Part shown: piece by piece, positions 49,089-60,103 of the stretch
Numbering within the stretch: the first letter of the stretch is position 1
Layout: each line of letters begins with the position of its first letter
Assembly (NCBI GenBank): GCA_017654855.1
Contig: CM030337.1
Span: 3,534,001-3,598,000 of the forward strand
Length of the DNA: 64,000 nt
DNA from: Podospora anserina
Taxonomy: Eukaryota
Direction of reading: 5' to 3'
The notes under the pieces: generated by a model
Database searches by the model: none
What the model saw: only the letters and a program-made list of their open reading frames with translations
What the model was told of the DNA's origin: nothing
Program-made: the position numbers and the translations under genes

Positions 49089-49742
49089 CTACTCCAGAAT
49101 AAACTCAACATCCGGCTCCTCCCCCTCCTGCAAGTTCCGCTGTTTGATCTTTTGAAGTATTTTGTCCTTCCTCTCCTTCATCTCGGCCTCCTCCTTCGCA
49201 ACAAGCAACGCCCTGTTCTTTTTCCTCCTCGCCCTCTCCTTTTCATTTTTCCTCCTCCGCTTGGCGATCTCATCCGGCGTAAACCTAGCCCTACGCTCCT
49301 TCTCAGCCTGTTGCACCTTTGCGGCCTTATCTGCCGCTTTCTTTGCCTTGTCCTCCGCTATCTGAGCCCGGATGATAGGTCCGTAGCGTCTAGCGGCATC
49401 ATCTAGCGCCTTCCTCACCTGGGGAGCATGCTCACAGAGGAATTTACGTATTTCCTCGTCCTCGTCCCCGTTGGCCTCCTCGCCGGACTCACAGTCGATG
49501 AGCTCATAGTCGCTAAACTCATCGTCGCTGACTGCAGCTTTGGAGTCATCAGCCATTGGGATGTCAATATCCTCGCTGGCCTCTGCCTTGGTGTCATCAG
49601 TCATTAGGATCTCAGTCTGCCCGCTGACTTCCGCTCCGGTGTCAGCAGTCTTTGCAATGTTAGCCTCTGTGCTGTTGGCGTCTTGACTTTGAAGTGTATT
49701 GTTGTCAAGGCCTTTGTTTTTGTCATCCGCATGGAGCCGCAT
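49089..49742 (-). CDS. Hypothetical protein with an acidic N-terminal half and a basic coiled-coil C-terminal half
   Basis: 217-aa ATG ORF with coding-like composition, convergent with hnt3. Confidence 0.6.
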   Translation of the reverse strand: MRLHADDKNKGLDNNTLQSQDANSTEANIAKTADTGAEVSGQTEILMTDDTKAEASEDIDIPMADDSKAAVSDDEFSDYELIDCESGEEANGDEDEEIRKFLCEHAPQVRKALDDAARRYGPIIRAQIAEDKAKKAADKAAKVQQAEKERRARFTPDEIAKRRRKNEKERARRKKNRALLVAKEEAEMKERKDKILQKIKQRNLQEGEEPDVEFILE

Positions 49743-50160
49743 TGTGACTTTTGGAAGATGTCTGCTTGAGGCGACAAGAAGGAAGAAGCATGTATATGTC
49801 TGTTTCCTGGTGTGAGAAAGGGCGAGCGATGAACACCCGACTGTGCTTTCAGGGCGTTGCTACCGCCTACCTACGGATAACTGAATGAAGTAGGTTTCAC
49901 CAGTTTTGAACTCGCTCTGGCATGTGACCTATTCTTTTGAGTTTACCACAACAATGGCCCAGAGCTAAACCACGAGGTCCTGAAGAGTTTTTAGAGATCA
50001 CCAAATTCACAGCTACCTTATGACTGATGACTCCACCACAAACATCCAAACCATATAATGCAGTTTGCCTCAGCACAACTGACTCATTTCTTGATCACCA
50101 ATCCCTCACCAAAAGCCCACCCCTCCAAGCAATCCAGACATGACACTCTCCCCAGAAGGC

Positions 50161-50952
50161 TCAAGCCACACACCCCGAAATCCCCACCAACCGCCCCGGA
50201 CACTCAACCTGATGATAAACCACATCCCACCCATTCACCACCCCCCCAGCCCAATTCCACCTCCAATAACAACCCCCCCACAACCCCCCCGGCAACCTCT
50301 CACACTCCTGCCTATTCCTCACCCCCCCCTGTGCACCCCCCCAGTTGTAACCCCCCCCATACATCCCATTACACCCCCCCTGCCCCAGCGGCCCTACCCC
50401 CCCTCCCGGAGTCAAAATAATCATGTCCCCCCTTTTGACATCCCCCCCCGCACCCCCAGGTGTAACAACTTGTACAATCATCGTTTTATTCGCTGCCGCC
50501 CCAGTCAACCACCGCAATTGATAGCATTTACAGCAATTAGGATGGTCAGCTGCTTGACTGTCCTGGACCTGGATCGCAAAGCCGTAGGAGAGGTCGTTGG
50601 AGATGGGAATGGGCTGGTACGTGTCGCAGAGGTAGGCGGCGGTGTTGGTGTTTACGCCGGGCTGGCAGCCCGTCACGGCTGAGACGCCGGCGGTGGTGGG
50701 GAGGGGCTGGTTGGATCTGTTGCAGACGCGGACGGCGCCGCGGGTGGTGAGGAGGGAGGGGCGGTTGTTGGTGCTGGCGCAGATGGGTTTGCAGCTGGTT
50801 GTGGTTAGAAAGTGGTGGGATAGGGAAGGGGAACAAGGAGGGGGGATGTACCAGTCCCAGCCTGTGTAGGTCTTTGCTACTGTTTGGGCTTTGACGAGGC
50901 CATGGTGGCGGAGGGTGAGGAGGCAGAGGAGGTAGTGGTAGAGTAGGAGCAT
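50161..50952 (-). CDS. Secreted GH45 endoglucanase-like protein with an atypical active site
   Basis: Signal peptide. Removing a 57-nt intron (50795-50851) restores WDCCKP. Also AYLCDTYQP, LSYGFA, CCKCYQL, MIVQ, PGGGVG, WGGAQGG and GCYWRWNW..VECP. Confidence 0.88.
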   Translation of the reverse strand: MLLLYHYLLCLLTLRHHGLVKAQTVAKTYTGWDWYIPPPCSPSLSHHFLTTTSCKPICASTNNRPSLLTTRGAVRVCNRSNQPLPTTAGVSAVTGCQPGVNTNTAAYLCDTYQPIPISNDLSYGFAIQVQDSQAADHPNCCKCYQLRWLTGAAANKTMIVQVVTPGGAGGDVKRGDMIILTPGGGVGPLGQGGCNGMYGGGYNWGGAQGGVRNRQECERLPGGLWGGCYWRWNWAGGVVNGWDVVYHQVECPGRLVGISGCVA

Positions 50953-51715
50953 TTTATCTCTGTGAGGAGCCCGCGATGCCTAAGCAAAAAGTCAAGGTGA
51001 GCAGGGCCAGGGAAGGAGCAGCGAGAGCCATGTTGATATACCGCTGAGTGTACCCCCACTGTTGAGAAGACTTTGAGATTACCGGCCCATTCCCTGCATC
51101 TACCGCAACACCATCTGCCCGGTCAATCTCTGCTATCTGGCATGTGATCAATATGGTGGGTGTCAATACCAGTGATGCAGAAACTCCCCGTCTGATGCTA
51201 CCATGGCAGACCTCATCAATCCGGGCTATTGGTGCTCCATTCCCAGCGAGCATCAACATCAGATGGAAGCCGATAGACACCTCCCGCTCTCCTCGCCAAA
51301 ATAAAAAATCCCCATTGGTTACCGCAGCCAAGGGTGAACGATAGAGCTCTGCTGTAAACAACCGGTTAAACTGTGCCGAGAGCCGGGCTCGATAGATTGC
51401 CAGCCTACTCTGTCAGTCAAACAAAGCTTACTGCATAGAGAGCATGACCTCATGTGGTAGATGAAAGTGTATTGTGCCAGATGCTATTTTCAGCATTCAT
51501 CCGATATCTGAACGCTTAACCTGCAGAGCCAAGGTTATACACACAGCTAAGCGGGGAAGCTCCCACATATCAAAACACTATCGTGCCGCTTCATGGCAGC
51601 ATATTTGAGTACCGTTGCTCCTCCCCCAACCCATGAACGCCTAGACAAAAGAATCCCAATCCATAAATTCAGATCCTAAACTCCAACCAATCCGAGGCAG
51701 TACATGGTTCATTAT

Positions 51716-52817
51716 TTAAGCACCATTGTGCTTCACCTTCTTCTTGGGACGCAGTTCGCCAGCATACAGGCGGAAGAACTCGTCCGGCTCGGTGGGGTGC
51801 TCGCCCGTGACATCGTGGAAAGCAGTCGTGGCGATGTAGTTGGTCTTGCCCTCACGCACCAGGCTGTAGTACTCGAGGAGGTACTCCTTCTCGGAGTCGT
51901 CGATGGTGGCTTGGTTCTTGAGGATTCTCTTCGCCTCACGCCTGAAAGAGTGTTAGTTGCCGCACGTGAGAACGGGAAAAAGCCAAAAGAAACATACTCA
52001 GAGATATTCTCAAACTCCATCGTCTGACCCAAAGCCTTGCTGGCCGACTCGGCAAGCTCCTTTCCAGCGCAGAGCATAGGTCCAGTGATGACCATCATCT
52101 GACCGCGGTGCTTGTCGTCAAAGCCGTGAGGGCCCTTTCCGGAGAGAACATGGGCAGCGACGTGCGCAATGTCACCGAGGGCAACAGGAGCAAACTTGTG
52201 GTTCTCGCCAATGGGTAGAGGAAGGACGCCCTCGCTCTGGGCTTGCTGGGCGTACAAGAGGATGTTTTCGGCGTAGAAACCAGCACTAAAATAGTCCTGT
52301 CAGTTGCAGATCTTGACATCCACGGTGTTGAAGAAACTCACCGAATAACACAAGGCGAATGTCCCAAGGCAACATCCGCATTACCCTTCTCAGCCAGCAC
52401 CAAAGCCTCCAAATCAATAAACTCCCTCAGTCTCGGCTGCTTGTCCCTCTCGGCATAATCGCACCCAGCAGCACTAATCAACAGCACATTCTGAACACCC
52501 GCCTTCTTGGCCGCATTGGTCAGCTCGACGCAAATGTCAAACTTGTCCTCCTTCGCGGGAGGGATCAGGCAGATGGTGTCGCAGCCGATCTTCTTGAGGG
52601 CATTGACCATCTCGCGCTCGCGGCCGGGGTTGTGGGGCACGATGACGGCACCGAGCGACTCGAGCTCTTTGGCCTTGGCCGAGGTCGGGTCGAGGGAGAG
52701 GCCGCTGAGGCTGGTGATTTGCTTCTTGAAGCGCTCTTCTTTGAGGAGGAGCTCGGCGATGAGGAAGCCGGTTTGGCCGTCGACGGCGGTGATGCAAACG
52801 TTGCGGGTGTCGGACAT
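51716..52817 (-). CDS. NmrA-like/atypical SDR NAD(P)-binding protein
   Basis: Rossmann start VCITAVDGQTGFLIAELL, AAKKAGVQNVLLIS, CVIR|AGFYAEN, APVALGDIAHVAAHVL and ITGP. Two introns; ends RPKKKVKHNGA*. Confidence 0.85.
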
Positions 52818-53558
52818 TTTGGCGGTGGCGGAAAGTCGACTTTGGGTTGAGGTGTAGAAAAAGAGGGAATTGAGTTGTTGTTTGATGTTGCAAGAGGTCG
52901 CAGTTCAGTAGTTGCTTGGTTGTGTTGTGGTCTTCCGGGAAGGTGGGGGGTGCAGGTGCAGGTGCAGGTGTTGAGACTGCAGGTGCCAATTCAAAAAGTC
53001 GGGTCGCTCAATTGTTTTTATTGCCAAAGCTCCCTTCCCCCACAGCAGAGTTACGTCTTTATGCTTGGTAGGTACCCTCTGTCCATCGTCATCATTATTG
53101 CTTCTTCAAACAAACCATGTTGATGAAGTCATGAGAAGTTCGTTTGTCACCGCATCCGAGATCCATTGCGTCATTGAGTCAGGGGCGCCAAGGGGTCAAA
53201 GCATCAAAAGCATTCCACATTGAAGCTTTCTCGATTTGATTGTGCTTTGTTCAAAACAACAGAGAAATTGCGTGTTGATATTTAAACTACCAGTCGGATC
53301 ACTGAACGCATCGTGGTATCTCAACAACTAGATACTGCGCTGTGTGAAAGTCGGTTCAAAACTATGTATCTGCGGTACCCTACACTTTACACTTTTGCTA
53401 ACTCCCCAGCCTACCATTATGACAAGACTCTCAAATCCCATCACATGTTTATCTCACAGTTTCTCGCCTGTCATTCTTGACAAGGTAAACGGATTTTTCA
53501 GCTGGCATGATTATCATGTCCACATCTCCGTCATCTCTCTTCCACACAGGTTGGCCCC

Positions 53559-54987
53559 CTAACCCGATGTCTTCACCTTCTTCGGAATAGAAATCCCATC
53601 CTGCATGGTCTGCTTATCGCATATCACCTCAAGCTTAACGAGAACCATCTTTTTGTCGTAATGTTTCCCGTCCGCCGTCCCGCATTTGACGATCCCGGGG
53701 GCAATAACAAGGTCGACATTCATCGACTCGTTTCTCTTCGAACAGTGAGGCGGAGGATGGAGACGGCGCGTGGGCTCCATCATATCTGGATTGAAGGGAA
53801 ACCCGAACCTGTAATTTTCGTCAAGAAGAGAATCAGGCCAGGCATCACTGATGACGATCGTAAAGTCTGCCTTTGATGTGCGGAAAATCGTGTCTAGTTC
53901 TGCTGCAAGCGTGATGATCTCGGTGACAGCGGCATTCACCGCATCCTCTTTGGTGTCCTGGGCCAACACATCTCTGAGTTTCCTCGAATAGAAATGAGAC
54001 ACAAGAACAGGGAGATAGTTCCGGTGTGGGACCATGTTGGCAAATCGCACAGTTTGGGACCGCCATTCATGAAAACGCTCCCGGGTGGGTTTCTGGCCAT
54101 GGACGTCCTGTTCCTTGCCGTCAATGGTGGCTAGATATCAGAATGACAAAGTTAGGCAACCATTACACATGTGGTCGTTTGAAGGGGCTGGTATACTTAC
54201 CCGCTATCTTGTGAAATACGACGGAAAGAGACGAACCAAGTGACCCATTCCAGTAAGTGGCCTGGATGCGAAAGATGTAGTCGTGAAGATAGTTCCATAC
54301 ATACGCTTCCAGAATGAGCGGATAGAAACGCGGCGACGTTGCCTGGTACTTGGTAGCTGTAGAAATTGGCTTCAGGAAGGCTAGCGAATTGGCAGTCTCC
54401 CAATCGATGGACTGGGGGAAGTGGCTCTCCACAAACTGTCGAACCAGAAATCGCAGCTGCTTCCATTTGGATTCGATCTCGTTGTCCGAGACCTTCGTGT
54501 ATCCAACGGGATCTTTCAACTTCTGCTCCTCAAGGTCTCTGGCGAACTTGGCGGCCTGATGCTTGATGATAGCTTCCTGCTCGATGAACTTTTGCTCGGC
54601 ATTCCTGAGCTCGGCGGCCTGATGATTGGTGACTACTTCTAGCTGGACGCACTTCTGCTCGGCATTCTCGAGCCTGGCCTCAAGCTCGCTGATGTAGGTG
54701 TCGTATTTCTCAGTGTCATGAGTGCAAAGAGCTTTCTCATTACTAAACCTGCCGAGAAAGCTGGATAGTTTCCATCGCGAGTCTCCGCTGACCAAGCTCA
54801 ATTGCTCTTTCAACTTCTTGTTCTCGTGCTCGAGATCTGTTGCCTGGTTGGATTTGTCCGTGATGACATTCCGATAGGACTCTAGCATCTCTTGCAGCTG
54901 CTCAATACTGACGTAGCTCTCATCGCTTGCTCCTTCGGACTGACCAGCATGGTCCTCGGCGCACTGCTGCTCGAAGTGATGGGGCAT
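53559..54987 (-). CDS. Coiled-coil protein with a GrpE-like C-terminal beta-domain, divergent partner of the Hsp70-like gene
   Basis: ATG at 54987 (MPHHFEQQ), heptad coiled coil, SDNEIESKWKQLRFLVRQFV, LEAYVWNYLHDYIF, intron 54131-54200, FHEWRSQT, and C-terminal GFPFNPDMME..VDLVIAPGIVKCG..VLVKLEVIC. A probable 5'-UTR intron lies at about 55009-55062. Confidence 0.8.
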
Positions 54988-55507
54988 AGTAGCTGCGATC
55001 AAGAATGTCTGAAAAAGAAATGGTAAGTGAATGCGTACATTGAATCAGAGATATTACCATACCTAGATCAAGTCGTAAAACTGGTCCCTGGCAAAAATCT
55101 CAGTGGTGGCTTCTTCTTTCGGAATGGAGGTAGAGGAAGGGATGTGGGAAGAGGTGTGGGGAGAGGAAGAGGTGATGGAAGAGGTGTGAAGTAGGGAGAT
55201 TATTGTCAGGGTTGCTTGAGGCCCAGCTTTTTGACCATGAAAAGGAAAACGCACTAACATTCCAAAGCACATCTGTAGGAAGGTGCTCTTTTGCCCGCAG
55301 CTTGTGGAGTGGTTCAATGGTACCAGGGTAAACAAATCCGTTTGCTTGCTGCCACGTTGCTTAACACGGGTAGCCTTCCAAGTTTCCTCAAACCGAGCAA
55401 ACAACCCCTGTGCGACCACCACAGGACTCTTTTACTCACCAGGCTTTTTTTGTCCTTTTCTCTTGAACAATGAATCCAGCCAGCCTTTACAACAGGCAAT
55501 CGCCAGA

Positions 55508-57590
55508 ATGTCAAGCGCCAACAACAAAACTTCGGACGACCCTGGCGATAACACCATCACCATTGGGATCGACTTTGGCACTACCTACTCAGGAGTCGCG
55601 TACACTTGGTCGAAGAAGTTAGCTCGAATTGAGATTATCACGAGCTGGGATTCCGACCTTCACTCCAATGCCGACCTGGAGAAAGCCCCAACCGCCATTT
55701 CTCTAGACTCGGACAAACATGTACTGTGGGGCTATTCCATTCCCCACGAGTTTGGGCAGATCCGCTGGTTCAAGCTTCTTTTGATCGACAAGAATGATCT
55801 CCCTAATGACGTTCAGAATTCTCCCAAGATCGCGGAAGCAGTCGCGTATTTGGAGAAGCATAACAAGTCCGCAATCGACATCGTCAGCCTTTACCTTCGC
55901 CATATCTGGAACCATGCCACCCAGCGAATCATGGAGACTATCAGCAAAGACATGGTATGCTCTTCGAAACTCGAAATCGTCATCACGCTGCCAGCCATTT
56001 GGCCTGCCTATGCAGTCGGACGCATGAGACAAGCCGCTAGAATTGCTGGTATGCTTGGGGATCGGGATCCTGGTCCGACCATTCTCACGTTCGTTTCGGA
56101 GCCGGAGGCGGCTGCGCTCGCGACTCTCTCCGATATGCAGGGCCGTCATGACATCAAGGTAGCGTTGCACCATTCTGTTATCTACAGAATCAATTACTTA
56201 CTCTGGCGGTTCAACTTCTAGGCTGGTGACAGTTTCGTCGTGGTTGATTGTGGTGGAGGAACGGTGGATCTTATCAGTTATGATATGGTTAGCCTTTCCC
56301 CAGCGACGGTCAAAGAATGTGTCAAGGGTCAGGGTACGTGACTACCACTAAATAATTACCAATTGTAACATTTCTAACAAGATTATCGTCTTCATATAGG
56401 TGGACTTTGCGGCGCTGTCTTTGTTGACGAGGCCTTCACCGATATCCTCAAGCGCAAATTTGGCAAAAACAAATGGCGGAAGCTTGGGGATGACGCACGC
56501 CACCGTATTCAGCATGACGAATGGGAGAATGGGATCAAAACTCAGTTTGACGGTTCATACAGGGAGTGGAAGTTCACCATGCCCTGGGAGTGTCTTGAAC
56601 ATGTTGACCTCAAGTCTGGTACCCTTATCCCCAAGATCGTGATTACTTCAGATGAGATTCAGCGTGCTTTCGATCCTGTCCTAGACAAGATATTTGTCAT
56701 GGTTCAAGAGCAGGTGGCCGCGGTGACTCGGAAGAAGGGACATGGTCCAAAGGTAAGTACAGGCTACACTTTCTGTATTGAAGAGGCTAACGCGCCACGC
56801 AGTATGTCATTCTTGTTGGTGGCTTTGGGCGTTCAAGATATCTCTTTTCTTATCTTAAGAAGAAGCTTGGAGATGAGATTGAGATACTTCAATCTCGCGG
56901 CGCCAGCCCGTAGGTTTCCCATTGTTCTTGTTGGCATGACTCGGTTTGCTGACAATTCTGTGTTCATAGCTGGACCGCCATCTGCCGCGGAGCTGTAATA
57001 CAAAGCATTAGCTCCAAAGGCCTTTCGAATCTGTCTATTGATGTCCAGGGGCGGATCTCCAGAGCCAGCTATGGTGTTCGTTACTCTGCCACCTGGGACC
57101 CCAAAGTCCATGATGCATCTCTGAGGTACTTTTGCCACTACGACGCCGGGTGGAGAGCGAAGGACCAGATGTGCTGGTATTTGAATCAGGTAAGCGTTAC
57201 CTGTTCCATTAATGTGATTGTTTTAGAGCTGACCTATAGAAGGGCGACCTCGTGAATTCAGACAAACGTGTCACAAGTTACTACCTACGTCATTTTGACA
57301 CAAACGACGACCAGAAACAAACCATTGTGGAGGCTATCTACTGCACAACTGCCTCACAGCCACCCAAAGTCTGGAATGATCAAGTCAAGACGCTCTGCAC
57401 GGTGAAGTGGGAAACGAAGATCGACCTGACCACCCTTCCAACATTCACCAACCCCGTGGGAAAGGTTATCTACGTCCTCAAGTACGATATCGAGATGACG
57501 GTTGCTGGGGGTATTCTGGACTTTGCTGTTTACCGCGATGGCGTTCGGCAGGGAGGAAAGAGTGTCATGATCGAGTATGAGAATGCCTAA
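55508..57590 (+). CDS. Atypical Hsp70 (HSPA12-like actin-fold ATPase), 5 introns
   Basis: IGIDFGTTYSGVAY, ITLPAIW, VSEPEAAA, VVVDCGGGTVDLISY, GLCGAVFVD, ILVGGFGRSRYL and WTAICRGA. No EEVD tail. Introns at about 56159-56221, 56335-56399, 56753-56802, 56912-56969 and 57190-57242. Confidence 0.92.
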
Positions 57591-58159
57591 GCCTAATCTT
57601 GGGTGTTGTACCCAATCATAGGGATGGCCATGTACAACCATAGCACTTCTGGTATCGGCATTTGGCACTGTGTGGGGTAATTTTATCAAGAGGGTGGGGA
57701 TTTGTCATTCGGTCATGATGACCTGATGGGTTTAGTGCTTTAGAAGCCCGAGATAGTACTCAACCAACGAAATCACCTATTTCATTAGATCCCACGTAGA
57801 AAGGCTGTGGCATACGGTGGGATTTCCAATTTCAAGCCGATCAAGCGATCTTTTGAATACATAATGAAAACGATTTGTGTAAAACATATAGCTAATCTAA
57901 ATCCACATGATGTATCACCCAGGGGTTACCAGACACCCAGACCACATTCATGCCGAGAAAGCAACTCTGGATGCTGGCCAGGCTGTATTACTCTTGTATG
58001 CTGCGACCTGGACACGGTGTTCTCAGGGCCGGTACAGGTTTTGGAAGCAGTATTATGTTGTTACATCTATGCTGGCTGAGTTGATGCTCATATTGGCCTT
58101 GAGTTCAAGCCGTCATGAACGGACTTTTGGGTTAGAAGCATGAGCAAGATGTATACACA

Positions 58160-59229
58160 TTGGATTCACACAGGTCGACGACACGTACTTTGGGGACGAA
58201 GAGATCTTACGAGAGCTTCCTCGAGACCGCAGATGACACCATACCTTTGCCAGAGCCTGGGAGATTGCCCTTGGGTCATTGGAACGGACTGAAAGAAGAA
58301 AGGGTTTCAGCAAGCAGTTCCCGTGGTCACTCGGTACGTGCTCACAGACTGATTCTGGTCAATATCGGTTCAAATCCTTCAGCAAACGATCTCGTTACAG
58401 CTCTAACCGTTTTTCAGGGCAACAGGTATTCGTTTCGCACAATCATATCCCCCATTTATTTCTCTCAATGCTCTGAGCCAATGACATCCCCTTTGGATGC
58501 CAACCAAACTCGAATCGAGCCCAGACTCTCCGAGTCCTCAAATAATTCGCGAGGCAACAAAGTTGACTGGATTACCATCGATACTACGGCTGTGAGGATT
58601 TCAAAGTCTGAGATAGACCAGCCATCCTATCGCGATTGGATTGGTATGTACAGAAGGTCATGGCCCAAATAATGCGTTTGCCTCAGCTAAAGATTCTTGT
58701 CAGACAAAGAAACAGGCCTGATGATAAGGACTCACAGCGCTCTTCTCCCAGAGACCTATGAAAAGTCTGACGATGTCAGATTCCCTTGGACCTGTCCCGT
58801 AGGATCATGCCGCGCGATGTTTGAGAGTATTGTCAACTTGGTCAACCATTTCGTCGTCAGTATTCGTCGCTTCAGTTTGACTAGTGGGATAGAAGATGCT
58901 GACATCTGTAATCTGAAAGCACACCGTGCTACGAATCTGAATGATAATCTTGGCGGAACAACCACCAAGTAATACAGATGACATCAAATATCTCCGTCGC
59001 GGCTGTCAGAATGGAATCTGGAGCGCCTTTCCAGTTCGCAGCTGATCAGACCACAACGAGAGTCTGCACTCTGGCCAATGGCAAACTGAGAGTGAAGGTT
59101 GATAACGAAGAGGAGTATGCTATTGAAGCGAGGGGTGTGTTCAAGATTGATGCTGGGGTTGGAAGTAGGGTTTTTAACCGGTGTTATGAAGATGTTGTGT
59201 TGCATGTGAATGGTTTTCAGGCTTTGTGA
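58160..59229 (+). pseudogene. Probable internally deleted gene relic with a C2H2-like finger and a cupin-like C-terminal segment
   Basis: Fragments FPWTCPVGSCRAMFESIVNLVNHF|..AHRATNLNDNLGGT (stop at 58972) and RVCTLANGKLRVKV..GVFKI..VFNRCYEDVVLHV lie in different frames, separated by stops. No clear ATG start. Confidence 0.45.
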
Positions 59230-59358
59230 GGGTGTTTTGTTGTGATGGTTGACAAGTAGTGTTTTGCTTTTGGGTGTGTTTGTTTTTGTTTTTGTTACTG
59301 TTCGTGATCATCTAAGGTAGGCGAAGTGTGGTTGTTATCAGGTCCGTCTTTGTTGTGG

Positions 59359-59385
59359 TTTTTTTTTTTTTTTTTTTTTTTTTTT
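59359..59385. repeat. Poly(T)27 tract
   Basis: Read directly from the sequence. Confidence 0.95.
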
Positions 59386-60103
59386 GCAGATGATGAAGAG
59401 ACAGAAATTAATATATAAGATTATGAAATGCGGGAATAGCTGGTGGTAATTGTTGGTTTATGGGAGGATCTTGTTGAGATGCAGGGCATCAGAGAGATGG
59501 CGATGCTCTGGAGTAAGGCGTATATGTAAAGCTATCTCCCTGTTAGATTAACATGTTCAAATATTGTACACTACGCGAGTCCGTAAATCTATCATGAGAA
59601 TGGAATTGTTTTTTTGCGGCTGTAACCCCCCGGAAACGTAGTTGCCCACCGTGTGGTTGGTGGTGGGGATCAGGGGTAAAAGGGGCGAAGTGGGGCGGTC
59701 TGTCAAGTAAACAAGAGTGACAAGCCATGAAGTGGAATTGGCTTATAATGCTGCATGAGTGCGGGCCAAGAAAATGTCTTGAACATATAAAAAGTAAGAT
59801 ATTACCTAATAAAAAGATTTTAAATCATTTCTCTTGGAGTTATGTTTAGGTTGGAGGTCATTAATCGCTTTTGTGGTGCTTCTGCGATGGAAAGAGACTT
59901 CCATCCAGGTGCGGGGCAACAACTGCAATCATCAGATGGTCGTCACCCCACCACAGCACGCGATTCAACGGCACTGAGGACAAACTGTATTTAAGAACCG
60001 GCATAGACGCGATGGCTTTGGGGAAGGTGGAACTCAATTTCGGAATCCTAAATCCAAACTGGCAATCGCAACTCTTTTGGAAACAAGCAGTTCATCTTTA
60101 ACC

